Assembly (NCBI GenBank): GCA_963715735.1
Contig: OY970268.1
Span: forward strand, 2,513,529-2,577,528
Direction of reading: 5' to 3'
DNA length: 64,000 nt
From: an uncultured Thermoleophilia bacterium
GTDB lineage: Bacteria > Actinomycetota > Thermoleophilia > Solirubrobacterales > 70-9
In this document: positions 24,834 to 33,280 of the stretch, piece by piece
How positions within the stretch are numbered: the stretch's first letter is position 1
Layout: every line of letters begins with the position of its first letter
Translations under genes and position numbers: made by a program
Notes under the pieces: generated by a model
The model's input: the letters and a program-made list of their open reading frames with translations, nothing else
The model's database searches: none
Told to the model about the DNA's origin: nothing

Positions 24834-26684
24834 TCACCTCAGCGCGTAGACGCGGAAGCCCCGCGAGGGGTTGCCGCCGCCGGGAGCGGCGGCGACGTCG
24901 CCGAAGGTCGCGACCAGGGGCTTGGAGCGCAAGTAGGCGCCGAGGACGCGGTCGTAGCCGACACCGAAGCGACCGGTTTCGAAGGCGGAGGTGTCGCGGG
25001 TGCTGACCAGCGCGTAGGGAACGCGCTCGCGCTCGATCCGGGCGATCGCGGCGCGCTCCTCGGCGGGAGTATCGATCAGACCGGGAAGGAACATGTTCTC
25101 GTAGAGGGCCTGGGGCCGGTCGTTGAGGAAGTACATGCCGGCGTCGGCGGGCATCGCCAGAATCGGTTCGCCGGCCCGGGTGCGTTCACGGATGAAGTCG
25201 ATCGCTTCCTGTTGAGCGGCGGCGCTGCGAGTGTCGCCCACGTAGGACCCGGCCGCGGTGTGGATCGTCGTGCTCTTGTCGGGGTAGAGGGCGACGGCGG
25301 CGTAGAAGGCGATCCCCGCGGCCACCGCGGCCAGCATCGCCATCACGGCCGGCCGGGCGGTCGGCCAACGATCGCCGATCCGCTGGTGCAGGAGGCCCAG
25401 CAGCAGCACCGCCGGAGCCGCGTAGTAAGGCGCGGCGGAGTCCATCGTGAACTGGTCGTAGGCGCGCGAGCAGAGCAGGACGGCGACCGCGGCCAGCGCC
25501 AGGTCGAGCGGCCAGCGGCCGCTCAGCGGGGCATCGGGTTCGCGGCGCCACAGCGCCCGCGCGAGCAGCGCCGCGGCGAGCAGCGAGAGCAACGGCAGCC
25601 AGCTCATCCCGAGCAGCAGCTGCTTGCCCTCTTCCTGCACGGCGGCCTCGGCGCCGGCGAAAACGCCGCTCGCCTTCCAGGCGGCGAGCAGAAGCAGGGA
25701 TCCGAGGCAGGCGGCGGCCAGCGGCCAGAGCGCCTTGACCCGTCCCAGACCACGCGCCGCCTGGACCCTGACCGCGGTCGCGGTCAGGCCCGCCAGCAGG
25801 CCGAGGTAGATCGCCCCGCGGGCCAGGGAGGAGGCGACGCTGGCGGCGTCGAAGGGCGTCCACTCGCGGTAGGCGTTGAAGCCGGCGGCGCGGAGGAAGT
25901 CGATCGGCCAGAGGTTCTGCCAGAAGAGGCGGTCGAAGCCGACCGAGGCGGCGAGCGTTCCGAGCACGGCGATCGGGATCGCCAGCGCCGGCGCCGCGAT
26001 CCAGGCGAGCGCGCGCAGCGCCGCGCGCAGATTCTCTTCGCGCCAGATGCCGACGGCCCAGGCGATCCCGGCGAGCCCCGCGGCGGCGGCGAACTCGACC
26101 CGGGTCAGCGCGGTCAGCCCGATCGCCGTGCCGGCGAGCAGGAAGTGTCCGCGGGCGAGCGCCAGCAGAGTCAGGATCAACAGCAGCAGGCCGAAGGTGG
26201 CGGAGTTGGTATGGGGCAGGACGAAGTTGAACTGGGTGCCGGAGAACCCGATCGCGATCAGCACCGCGGTCGAGAGCGCCGCCGCCAGCGGCCGCAACAG
26301 CTGGCGGGCAAGGGCGAAAAAGGAGCCGGCGATCGCCACGGTCAGCGTCAGCCCGAGCGCGTAGGCGGTTGCGAGGCTGGTCCCGAACAGCTTGAAGGCG
26401 CCGGTCAGCGTGTAGACGCCGAGCGGCCCGTAGAAGTAGCGGACTTCCTCGTAGGGGAGGTGGCCGTGCACGGCCTGGGCGGCGGTGGTCAGCTCGGCGC
26501 CGGCGTCGATCTCCGGCGTCCCCCACTTTCGCCAGCTGATCGCCGCGAGCACGACGATGAACAGGCCGAGGCCGGCCAGGGCGATGCCGTCGGCCGAGCG
26601 CGCCAGGGCCAGCAGCCGCGCCGGGAGGGCGCGGCGGCCAGCGCCGCGCAGGGGTTCGGAGACGATCGCGTCGTTCGCACTCAC
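24834..26684 (-). CDS. GT-C fold glycosyltransferase (ArnT/PMT, GT39-like) with a C-terminal extracytoplasmic domain
   Basis: About 12-13 TM segments. The first loop is WRKWGTPEIDAGAELTTAAQAVHGHLPYEEVRYFYGPLGVY. The soluble C-terminal part is about 150 aa. GTG start at 26684. Confidence 0.7.
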   Translation of the reverse strand: MSANDAIVSEPLRGAGRRALPARLLALARSADGIALAGLGLFIVVLAAISWRKWGTPEIDAGAELTTAAQAVHGHLPYEEVRYFYGPLGVYTLTGAFKLFGTSLATAYALGLTLTVAIAGSFFALARQLLRPLAAALSTAVLIAIGFSGTQFNFVLPHTNSATFGLLLLILTLLALARGHFLLAGTAIGLTALTRVEFAAAAGLAGIAWAVGIWREENLRAALRALAWIAAPALAIPIAVLGTLAASVGFDRLFWQNLWPIDFLRAAGFNAYREWTPFDAASVASSLARGAIYLGLLAGLTATAVRVQAARGLGRVKALWPLAAACLGSLLLLAAWKASGVFAGAEAAVQEEGKQLLLGMSWLPLLSLLAAALLARALWRREPDAPLSGRWPLDLALAAVAVLLCSRAYDQFTMDSAAPYYAAPAVLLLGLLHQRIGDRWPTARPAVMAMLAAVAAGIAFYAAVALYPDKSTTIHTAAGSYVGDTRSAAAQQEAIDFIRERTRAGEPILAMPADAGMYFLNDRPQALYENMFLPGLIDTPAEERAAIARIERERVPYALVSTRDTSAFETGRFGVGYDRVLGAYLRSKPLVATFGDVAAAPGGGNPSRGFRVYALR

Positions 26685-26732
26685 GGGTAATCAACGAATC
26701 GGGCCCCGACCGGCTTGCGGCCGGGTTCCGGC

Positions 26733-29700
26733 TTACGGTTTGCCGGCGTCGTAGTGCGCCAGCACCGTCGCCGCGGAAAGCGCCGAGGTGTAGAGCGCGG
26801 GCTCGTCGACCGTGCCCTGCAGGTAGCGCTGGGCGAGGCTGGTCGAGGAGATCGGGCGGCCGATCCGCAGGTCCCGACTGCCGGACCAGGTCGGGCCATT
26901 GTTGAAGTTCGCGTTGGCGCGTTCGACGCCGTCGACGTAGATGCGCACGCGGCTGCCGTCGTAGGTGCCGACCAGGTGGTGGGTCGTGTTGGGCGGGACC
27001 GTGGTCGCGCTGGTCGCCTGCCCGCGGGTGACGATCCCGATGATGTTTTCTCTGGCGGCGACGAAGATCGGTCGGTTGCTGGAGTCGATGACCAGCGAGA
27101 AGCCGTTGTCGAAGTCGGTGCTCGAGTCGCTGACGACGAAGTGGTAGCCGCCCGAACTTTTGGCCGCGCTGGTCCGGACCCAGGCCTCGACCGAGAAGGT
27201 CGACGGGGTGCCGAACGGAGTCGGCGACAGGTCGACGTACTGGCTGGTGCCGTTGAGGGAGCGCGCGAAGCTGTTCGTCTCACCGCCGATCAGCGGCGCG
27301 ACCGAAGCCGGGGCGCTGACGTAGGTGCCGTTGTTGTTGGCGCCGTTGGCGTCGGCGGCGGTCGTGCCCGAGGTCTCGTCGAGGCGCCAGAGGTCGCTGA
27401 TCCCGGTGGTCCCGAGGACCGCCGCGCGATAGGCGCTGTTGACGGTCAGCGAGCGGGTCGTCGTCGCGGTCGCGCCTTTGTTGTCGGTGACCCGCAGGCC
27501 GAGGGTCAGGGTCGCCGTGGCGGTGAAGGCTTTGGTCGTCGTGGCCGTCGTCCCGGTGCTCGTCTCGAAGCTGCCGTTGCCGTCGAGGTCCCACTCGTAT
27601 TTCGTGATCGTGCCGTCGGGGTCGGTGGAGGCGGAGCCGTTGAGGGTGACGGTCTGACGGGTGTTGGCCGGACTCGGGCTGACGGTGAAGGACGGGACGG
27701 GCAGGCGGTTGTTGATGGTGACCGTGCGACTGGTGGTCGCCGTCTGGCCATCGTCGTCGGTGACCCGCAGTTTCACTTCGACGGCGCCCGCGGCGGCGTA
27801 GGAGCGGCTGGTCGTGGCCGTCGTCCCGGTGCTCGTCTCGAAGCTGCCGTTGCCGTCGAGGTCCCACTCGTATTTCGTGATCGTGCCGTCGGGGTCGGTG
27901 GAGGCGGAGCCGTTGAAATTGACGGTCGCGCCGGTGTCGGCCGGGTTCGGAGTCGTGGTGAAGGAGGCGCTCGGGGGCAGCAACGTGACGGTGACGGTTC
28001 GCGCCGACACCGTGGTCGCGCCTTTGTCGTCGGTGACCCGCAGTTTCACTTCGACGTTGCCCGCCGCGGTGTAGGAGCGGCTGGTGGTCGGGGTAGTCCC
28101 CGTGTTCGTCTCATACGTGCCGTTGCCGTCGAGATCCCACTCGTATTTCGTGATCGTGCCGTCGGGGTCGGTGGAGGCGGAGCCGTTGAAGGTGACCGTC
28201 TGCCCTTTGTTGACCGCGCTCGGGGTGGCGGTGAAGGAGGAAACCGGGGCGCGGTTGGTAACCGTGATCGTGCGCAGGGTCGTCGATTTGTTGCCGCTCG
28301 AGTCGGTGACGCGCAGGCGCACGTCGTAGCTGCCGGCCGTCGTGAAGCTCCGGCTCGCGACCGGTTCGGCGCCGGTTTCGGTCTCGAAGCTGCCGTTGCC
28401 ATCGAGGTCCCATTCGTATTTCGTGATCGTGCCGTCGGCGTCGGTGGAGGCGGAGCCGTCGAAGTTGACCGGTTCGCCGGTCTGCGCCGGGCTCGGCGTC
28501 GGGGTGAAGGAAGCGACCGGAGGCTCGCCGCCGCCGACCGTGCCGAAGTAATGGTCTTCGATCGTCGCCGCCGGCAGCGCCCGGTTGTAGAGGGCCACCT
28601 CGTCGAGGTCGCCGGCACCGAACAGGGCGCTCGCCGCGCGCGACATGAAGTACAGGGTCGAGTTGGCGAAGTTCCCCGCGCCGGTGCCGCTGCGCGTCTT
28701 CACGTAAGGGACGGCCTGCCCGTCGACGTAGGGGGTGATCTGGTTCGCCGCGTCCGCACTGGTGTCGAAAACCAGCGCGTAGTGGTGCCAGGCGGCCGCG
28801 CTCGGCCGGTCGAAATAGGCGGTGTTGCGGCTTTCGCCGCTGCCGATCCCGACGCCGAATTTGCCGCCTTCCTCAGGGGCGTTCGGGTCGACCAGGAAGC
28901 CGCCTGGGTTCGAGTTGAAGTTCGGGGTGAACTCGAAGGCGAGGTCGTCGTCGTCGGCGAAGGCGTCCCACTTCATCCAGAACTCGAGCGTCAGCTTGTT
29001 CGTCGCCGAGAGGTTCAGCACCGCCTGCGCCGCGCTGTTGGTCCCGTCGAAGCTGACCGCGGTGTCGGAGCCTCCGGGCAGGGCGCTGGCGACCCCGAAT
29101 TCCGGCGTGCCAGCGACCGCGGCGTGGGCGCCGCCTTTGCCGTCGGTCAGGGCCGTGCCGGCGGCGTCGTTCATCCGCCAGTAGTCGATCAACCCGGCGG
29201 TCGCCTGGACGCGGCTCGAGTAGGCGCCGGAGCCCGACGCTTCGACCGTGACCGTGCGGGTCGTCTGGCCGCTGTTGCCGGCGTTGTCGGTGGCCCGCAG
29301 CTTGACGTCGTAGGAACCGGCCGAGGCGAAGCTGGTGCTGACGGTCGCCGTCGTCCCGGTGTTCGTCTCATACGTGCCGTTGCCGTCGAGGTCCCACTCG
29401 TATTTCGTGATCGTGCCGTCGGCGTCGCTGGAGGCGGAGCCGTCGAGGTTGACCTGCTGGCCGGCCTGGGCCGGGTTCGGCGATGCGGTGAAGGATGCGA
29501 GCGGCGCCTGGCTGTTGCCGCCGAAGTGCTGGGCGATCGTCGCCGCCGGCAGCGCCCGGTTGTAGATCGCGACCTCGTCGAGATCGCCGGCGGCGTAGAG
29601 GGCGCTGGCGGCGCGCGACATGAAGAAGAGCGTCGAGTTGGCGAAGTTGCCGGCGCCGGTCCCGGTCCGGGTCTTCACGTACGGAACGGGTTGGCCGTCG

Positions 29701-32700
29701 ACGTAGGGAATGACCTGTTCGGCGGCCGCCGCGGTGGTGTCGAAGACCAGCGCGTAGTGGTGCCACTGGCCGACGCTGGGCCGCGTGAAGTAGGCGGTGT
29801 TGCGGCTTTCGCCGCTGCCGATCCCGACGCCGAATTTGCCGCCTTCCTCAGGGGCGTTCGGGTCGACCAGGAAGCCGCCCGCGTTGGAGTTGAAGTTCGG
29901 GGTGAACTCGAAGGCGAGGTCGTCGTCGTTGGCGAAGGCGTCCCACTTCATCCAGAACTCGAGCGTCAGCTTGCTGGTGCCCGAGAGGTTGAGCGCCGCC
30001 TGGGCGGCGCTGTTCGCGCCGTTGAAGCTGACCGCGGTGTCGGCGTCGCCGGCAACCGCGCCCTCGGCTCCGAGGCTGGGCGAGCCGGTCAGCGTGGCCG
30101 GCGCCGTGCCTTTGCTGTCGGCCAGCGAGGTCCCGGAGGTCTCGCCCATTCGCCAGTAGTCGACCAGCCCCGCCGTGGAGAGCACGCGGGTCGAGTAGGT
30201 GCCGGTGCCGGCACCGTCGATGCTGACGGTCTCCGTGCTCGTCGCGGTTTTGCCGGCGGCGTCGGTGACCCGCAGGCCGACCGTGGCCGGGCCCGGGGCC
30301 GAGTAGCTGTTGCTCGCGGTCGCGGTCGCCCCGGTGTTGGTCTCATACGTACCGTTGCCGTCGAGGTCCCACTCGTATTTCGTGATCGCCCCGTTCGGCG
30401 AGCTCGAGGAAGAGGCGTCGAAGCTGACCGTCTGGCCGACGTCGGCCGGGTTCGGCGAGCTGGTGAACGAGGCGGTCGGCGGCTGCGGGTTCCCGGCGTA
30501 GTGGGCGGCGATCGTCGCGCCGTCGAGAGCACGGTTGTAGACCGCCAGCTCGTCGAGCGAGCCGGCGCCGTAGAGGGCGCTGGCGGCGCGCGACATGAAG
30601 TGCAGCGAGGAGTTGGCGAAGTTGCCGGCCCCGGTGCCGGAGGCGGTCTTGGTGAACGTCACCGCTTTGCCGTCGACGTAGGGCTTGATCTGGTCGGCGG
30701 CCGCGGCGGAGCTGTCCATCACGAAGGCGTAGTGGTGCCACTGGCCGGCGCTCGGACGGGCGAAGAAGACGTTGTTGCGGCTGGAGCCGTTGCCGATCGC
30801 CACCCCGAACTTGCCGCCCTCCTGGGGCGCGTTGGGGTCGACCAGGAAGCCGCCGGCCGTCGAGTTGAAGTTCGGCGTGTACTCGAGCGCCAGGTCGTCG
30901 TCGTTGGCGAAGCCGTTCCACCTCATCCAGAACTCGACCGTGACTTTGCTCGTACCGGAGAGCGAGAGGTTCGCGCTCGCTGCGTCGTCGAGACCGTCGA
31001 AGCTAGCCGCGGTGTCGGCGTCGCCGACCAGGGCGCCGGCAACGCCCAGCGTCGGCGCGCCGCTCGTCGTCGCGTTGCTGGTCCCGAAGGAGTCGATCAG
31101 CGTGCCCGAGCCGCCGGCGTCGCCGAAACGCCAGTAGCTGAGCAGGCCGGTCGTCCCGAGGACGCGGGAGGGGTAGCTGCCGCTGCCGCTGTTGTCGATC
31201 GAGAGGGCGCGGTTGGTGGTGCTGCGGACGCCCTGTTCGTCGGTCACTCGCAGGCGCACCGTGTAGACGCCGGTGGTCGCGTAGGTGGTGGTGGCGATCG
31301 GGTTGGAGCCGCGGTCGGTCTCGTAGCTGCCGTTGCCGTCGAGGTCCCATTCGTAGCGGGCGATGCCGCCGTCGAGATCGGTCGAGGAGCTGGCGTCGAA
31401 GGTGACGGTCTGGTTGGTCTGCGCCGGGTTTGGCGAGATCGTGAACGAGGCGGTCGGCGGCTGCGGGCCCGAGGGCGGGTCAAGGGTCACGTCGACCGGG
31501 GTCTGCGGCTGCACACCCATGTCGGAGAAGATGTTGTAGGTCGCCTGGATGATGCGACTGTCGGGATTCGGCGCCAGCGCGTTCGCCCAGTCGTTGGTCC
31601 CGGCCGCGAAGACGAGCGCGCCGCTGGGAGCCGTGTACTTGACCGCCTGGCCGCAGGCGCACTGGCCGGGCGGCGCGGTTTTCGCGTAGATCCGTCCCTC
31701 GTCCTGGATCCAGTCGACGTTCTGCCCGAGCGGGATCGGCGAGCTGGTCAGCGGTTTGACCCCGGCCGGCTGTTTGCTCAGGTACTGGGCCTGGGTCGGG
31801 ATCGCGTCCCACTCCCAGCCGACCAGGTTGGAGCCGATCGTCGTCGCCGAGCCGGTCGGGATGCCGGTGTTGCGCCAGATCCGGTCGCCGGCGTAGGCAC
31901 CGCCGGAGGAGGCGGGAATCTGCAGCGGGAAGGCGCCGGCCTGCAGCTCGGCCCCGTAGTACATGTTCCCGAGCAGCTGGTTCTCGGGCATGTTGGGACC
32001 GACCCGACCCCCCTCGGGGGCGTTCGGGTCGCCGTTGGGCGCGCCGTTGTCGCGGAAGGTGGTGGTCGAGTTCTCGGGGTGATCGTCGGCGGTGCCGGCG
32101 ATCTGATCGACGCCGAGCGCGTCGTCGGCGGTGCCGAGTTTGCCGTCGGGACCCCAGTCGTTGGCACCGTCCTCGCCGCTGCCGTTGGAGCCCGACCCCT
32201 CGACGGTCTTGTAACAGACGAGGGTGCGGCCGCCGTCCTCGTAGCGGACCTTCCAGTAGGCGGTGTTGCCACTGAAGGAGGCGACGTCGACGCCGGCGTC
32301 GCGGGCGGCGAGGAACCCTTTCATCTGCTCCAGGGACCAGTACTCGCTGTGGCCGGAGATCACGTCGACGCCGTGTCCGAGCAGCTGCGCGGGCGTCTGG
32401 TGCACCGCCACGTCCTCCGAATAGGAGACGTCGTAGCCCTGCTTCTCCAGCCACTGGACCAGGTAGAAGTCGGGCCCGATGAAGCGGTTGCCCTGACGCG
32501 GGTCGTTGAGCGGCCGGTCGAAGGAGACCTTGACCGCCCGCGGGGTGCCGGCGATCGTGTTTTCACCGCCACCGCCACCGGTGTCGAAGTAGAGGGACTT
32601 GCCGCCCCAATCGTTGTAGGCCTCATACGTCGCGGTGGGGACGACGAAGAGCATTTCGGCTTTGGGGACTCGCGAGTCGTCGCGGACGACGAAGGTGATC

Positions 32701-33215
32701 GTGTTTTCGAGCCCGCCGGGGGTCGTCAGCTTGACCGTGTAGACGCCGGAGGCGGGGATCGCGGAGCCGGGGATCGTGTAGCTGTTGGCCCAGCTGGTGC
32801 AGCTCTTGAGGCCGGTCGTGGCATTGGTCGCGGAGCAACTGGCGAAGAGGTTGTTGACGGCGACGCTGGCGCTCGAGGCGGGGGTGATCAGGCGGCCACC
32901 GCTATTCCCGTAGTAGCCCATGCGGTAGACGTCGACGCGGACGCTGGCGGCGGCGCCGGTGCTCGCCCGGCCCAGTTTCAACGTCACGCTTTCGCCGAGG
33001 TTGACGCTGCTCTTGGTCGCGAAGCCGGCGACGTTGGGGTCGTACTCGATCAGGCGCCAGCCGTCGGAGCCCGGGCCGGAGCAGTTGTTCTCCTGGACGA
33101 CCGGGTTGTCGCTCGGGCAGCTGACTTCGGCACTGGCCTGACCGCAGATGAGCAGCAGCGCGCTGCTCGCGAAGAGCGCCAGGATCGTCAGGGATTTAGT
33201 GCGGGGGATGGTCAT
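26733..33215 (-). CDS. giant secreted multidomain protein (2160 aa): signal peptide, about 555-aa N-terminal domain, (PKD-LamG)x3, PKDx4, LamG
   Basis: Signal peptide MTIPRTKSLTILALFASSALLLICGQASA. The N-terminal domain (VDVYRMGYYGNSGGRL, VVPTATYEAYNDWGG, HSEYWS) resembles the family I recall being annotated as N,N-dimethylformamidase beta-subunit-like. There are seven PKD units (ASFT..P.P......V.F.GS.S.D.DG.I..YEWDLDGNG.(Y/F)ET) and four LamG/concanavalin-like units (YWR......G....D, FW(M/V), W(H)HY). Confidence 0.9.
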   Translation of the reverse strand: MTIPRTKSLTILALFASSALLLICGQASAEVSCPSDNPVVQENNCSGPGSDGWRLIEYDPNVAGFATKSSVNLGESVTLKLGRASTGAAASVRVDVYRMGYYGNSGGRLITPASSASVAVNNLFASCSATNATTGLKSCTSWANSYTIPGSAIPASGVYTVKLTTPGGLENTITFVVRDDSRVPKAEMLFVVPTATYEAYNDWGGKSLYFDTGGGGGENTIAGTPRAVKVSFDRPLNDPRQGNRFIGPDFYLVQWLEKQGYDVSYSEDVAVHQTPAQLLGHGVDVISGHSEYWSLEQMKGFLAARDAGVDVASFSGNTAYWKVRYEDGGRTLVCYKTVEGSGSNGSGEDGANDWGPDGKLGTADDALGVDQIAGTADDHPENSTTTFRDNGAPNGDPNAPEGGRVGPNMPENQLLGNMYYGAELQAGAFPLQIPASSGGAYAGDRIWRNTGIPTGSATTIGSNLVGWEWDAIPTQAQYLSKQPAGVKPLTSSPIPLGQNVDWIQDEGRIYAKTAPPGQCACGQAVKYTAPSGALVFAAGTNDWANALAPNPDSRIIQATYNIFSDMGVQPQTPVDVTLDPPSGPQPPTASFTISPNPAQTNQTVTFDASSSTDLDGGIARYEWDLDGNGSYETDRGSNPIATTTYATTGVYTVRLRVTDEQGVRSTTNRALSIDNSGSGSYPSRVLGTTGLLSYWRFGDAGGSGTLIDSFGTSNATTSGAPTLGVAGALVGDADTAASFDGLDDAASANLSLSGTSKVTVEFWMRWNGFANDDDLALEYTPNFNSTAGGFLVDPNAPQEGGKFGVAIGNGSSRNNVFFARPSAGQWHHYAFVMDSSAAAADQIKPYVDGKAVTFTKTASGTGAGNFANSSLHFMSRAASALYGAGSLDELAVYNRALDGATIAAHYAGNPQPPTASFTSSPNPADVGQTVSFDASSSSSPNGAITKYEWDLDGNGTYETNTGATATASNSYSAPGPATVGLRVTDAAGKTATSTETVSIDGAGTGTYSTRVLSTAGLVDYWRMGETSGTSLADSKGTAPATLTGSPSLGAEGAVAGDADTAVSFNGANSAAQAALNLSGTSKLTLEFWMKWDAFANDDDLAFEFTPNFNSNAGGFLVDPNAPEEGGKFGVGIGSGESRNTAYFTRPSVGQWHHYALVFDTTAAAAEQVIPYVDGQPVPYVKTRTGTGAGNFANSTLFFMSRAASALYAAGDLDEVAIYNRALPAATIAQHFGGNSQAPLASFTASPNPAQAGQQVNLDGSASSDADGTITKYEWDLDGNGTYETNTGTTATVSTSFASAGSYDVKLRATDNAGNSGQTTRTVTVEASGSGAYSSRVQATAGLIDYWRMNDAAGTALTDGKGGAHAAVAGTPEFGVASALPGGSDTAVSFDGTNSAAQAVLNLSATNKLTLEFWMKWDAFADDDDLAFEFTPNFNSNPGGFLVDPNAPEEGGKFGVGIGSGESRNTAYFDRPSAAAWHHYALVFDTSADAANQITPYVDGQAVPYVKTRSGTGAGNFANSTLYFMSRAASALFGAGDLDEVALYNRALPAATIEDHYFGTVGGGEPPVASFTPTPSPAQTGEPVNFDGSASTDADGTITKYEWDLDGNGSFETETGAEPVASRSFTTAGSYDVRLRVTDSSGNKSTTLRTITVTNRAPVSSFTATPSAVNKGQTVTFNGSASTDPDGTITKYEWDLDGNGTYETNTGTTPTTSRSYTAAGNVEVKLRVTDDKGATTVSARTVTVTLLPPSASFTTTPNPADTGATVNFNGSASTDPDGTITKYEWDLDGNGSFETSTGTTATTSRSYAAAGAVEVKLRVTDDDGQTATTSRTVTINNRLPVPSFTVSPSPANTRQTVTLNGSASTDPDGTITKYEWDLDGNGSFETSTGTTATTTKAFTATATLTLGLRVTDNKGATATTTRSLTVNSAYRAAVLGTTGISDLWRLDETSGTTAADANGANNNGTYVSAPASVAPLIGGETNSFARSLNGTSQYVDLSPTPFGTPSTFSVEAWVRTSAAKSSGGYHFVVSDSSTDFDNGFSLVIDSSNRPIFVAARENIIGIVTRGQATSATTVPPNTTHHLVGTYDGSRVRIYVDGVERANANFNNGPTWSGSRDLRIGRPISSTSLAQRYLQGTVDEPALYTSALSAATVLAHYDAGKP
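27440..28530 (-). repeat. four tandem PKD-module coding repeats of about 268-278 bp
   Basis: The WDLDGNG codons recur near 28413, 28145, 27867 and 27597, with highly similar GSASTDPDGTITKYEWDLDGNG stretches. Confidence 0.9.
28530..31460 (-). repeat. three tandem coding repeats of about 975-987 bp, each one PKD plus one LamG module
   Basis: The WDLDGNG codons recur near 31350, 30375 and 29400. Units 2 and 3 are near-identical over long stretches; the antisense ORFs at 28822 and 29797 translate almost identically. Confidence 0.9.
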
Positions 33216-33280
33216 TCAGCGAGCGCCGATTCTCGGGCAGGGCGAGAGGCCCTACTTCGACAACGTTCGTAATACGCCAA

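Noticed and set aside
24258-26690. 810-aa plus-strand ORF. Similar long ORFs occur at 45384..47573(-), 55653..57605(-), 10153..11586(+), 43535..45358(+), 41564..42934(+) and 20412..22157(+).
   Set aside because: All are antisense to, or out of frame with, genes that have clear family motifs (GT-C, PBP1A, OtsA, adenylation enzyme, Ldt/CPBP, pyrE/SDR, Wzy-like). All are Arg/Gly/Pro/Asp-rich low-complexity translations.
27440-31460. Regularly spaced DNA repeats considered as a possible CRISPR or other non-coding array.
   Set aside because: The repeats are in frame and encode PKD and LamG protein modules. The periods (about 270 and 975 bp) and the lack of unique short spacers do not fit CRISPR.
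26715-33272. 2185-aa plus-strand ORF, the longest in the track.
   Set aside because: It is antisense to the 2160-aa minus-strand gene. Its translation is low-complexity R/G/A/V/D-rich with no motifs. The minus-strand frame has a signal peptide and clean PKD and LamG repeats. This is a classic high-GC shadow ORF.
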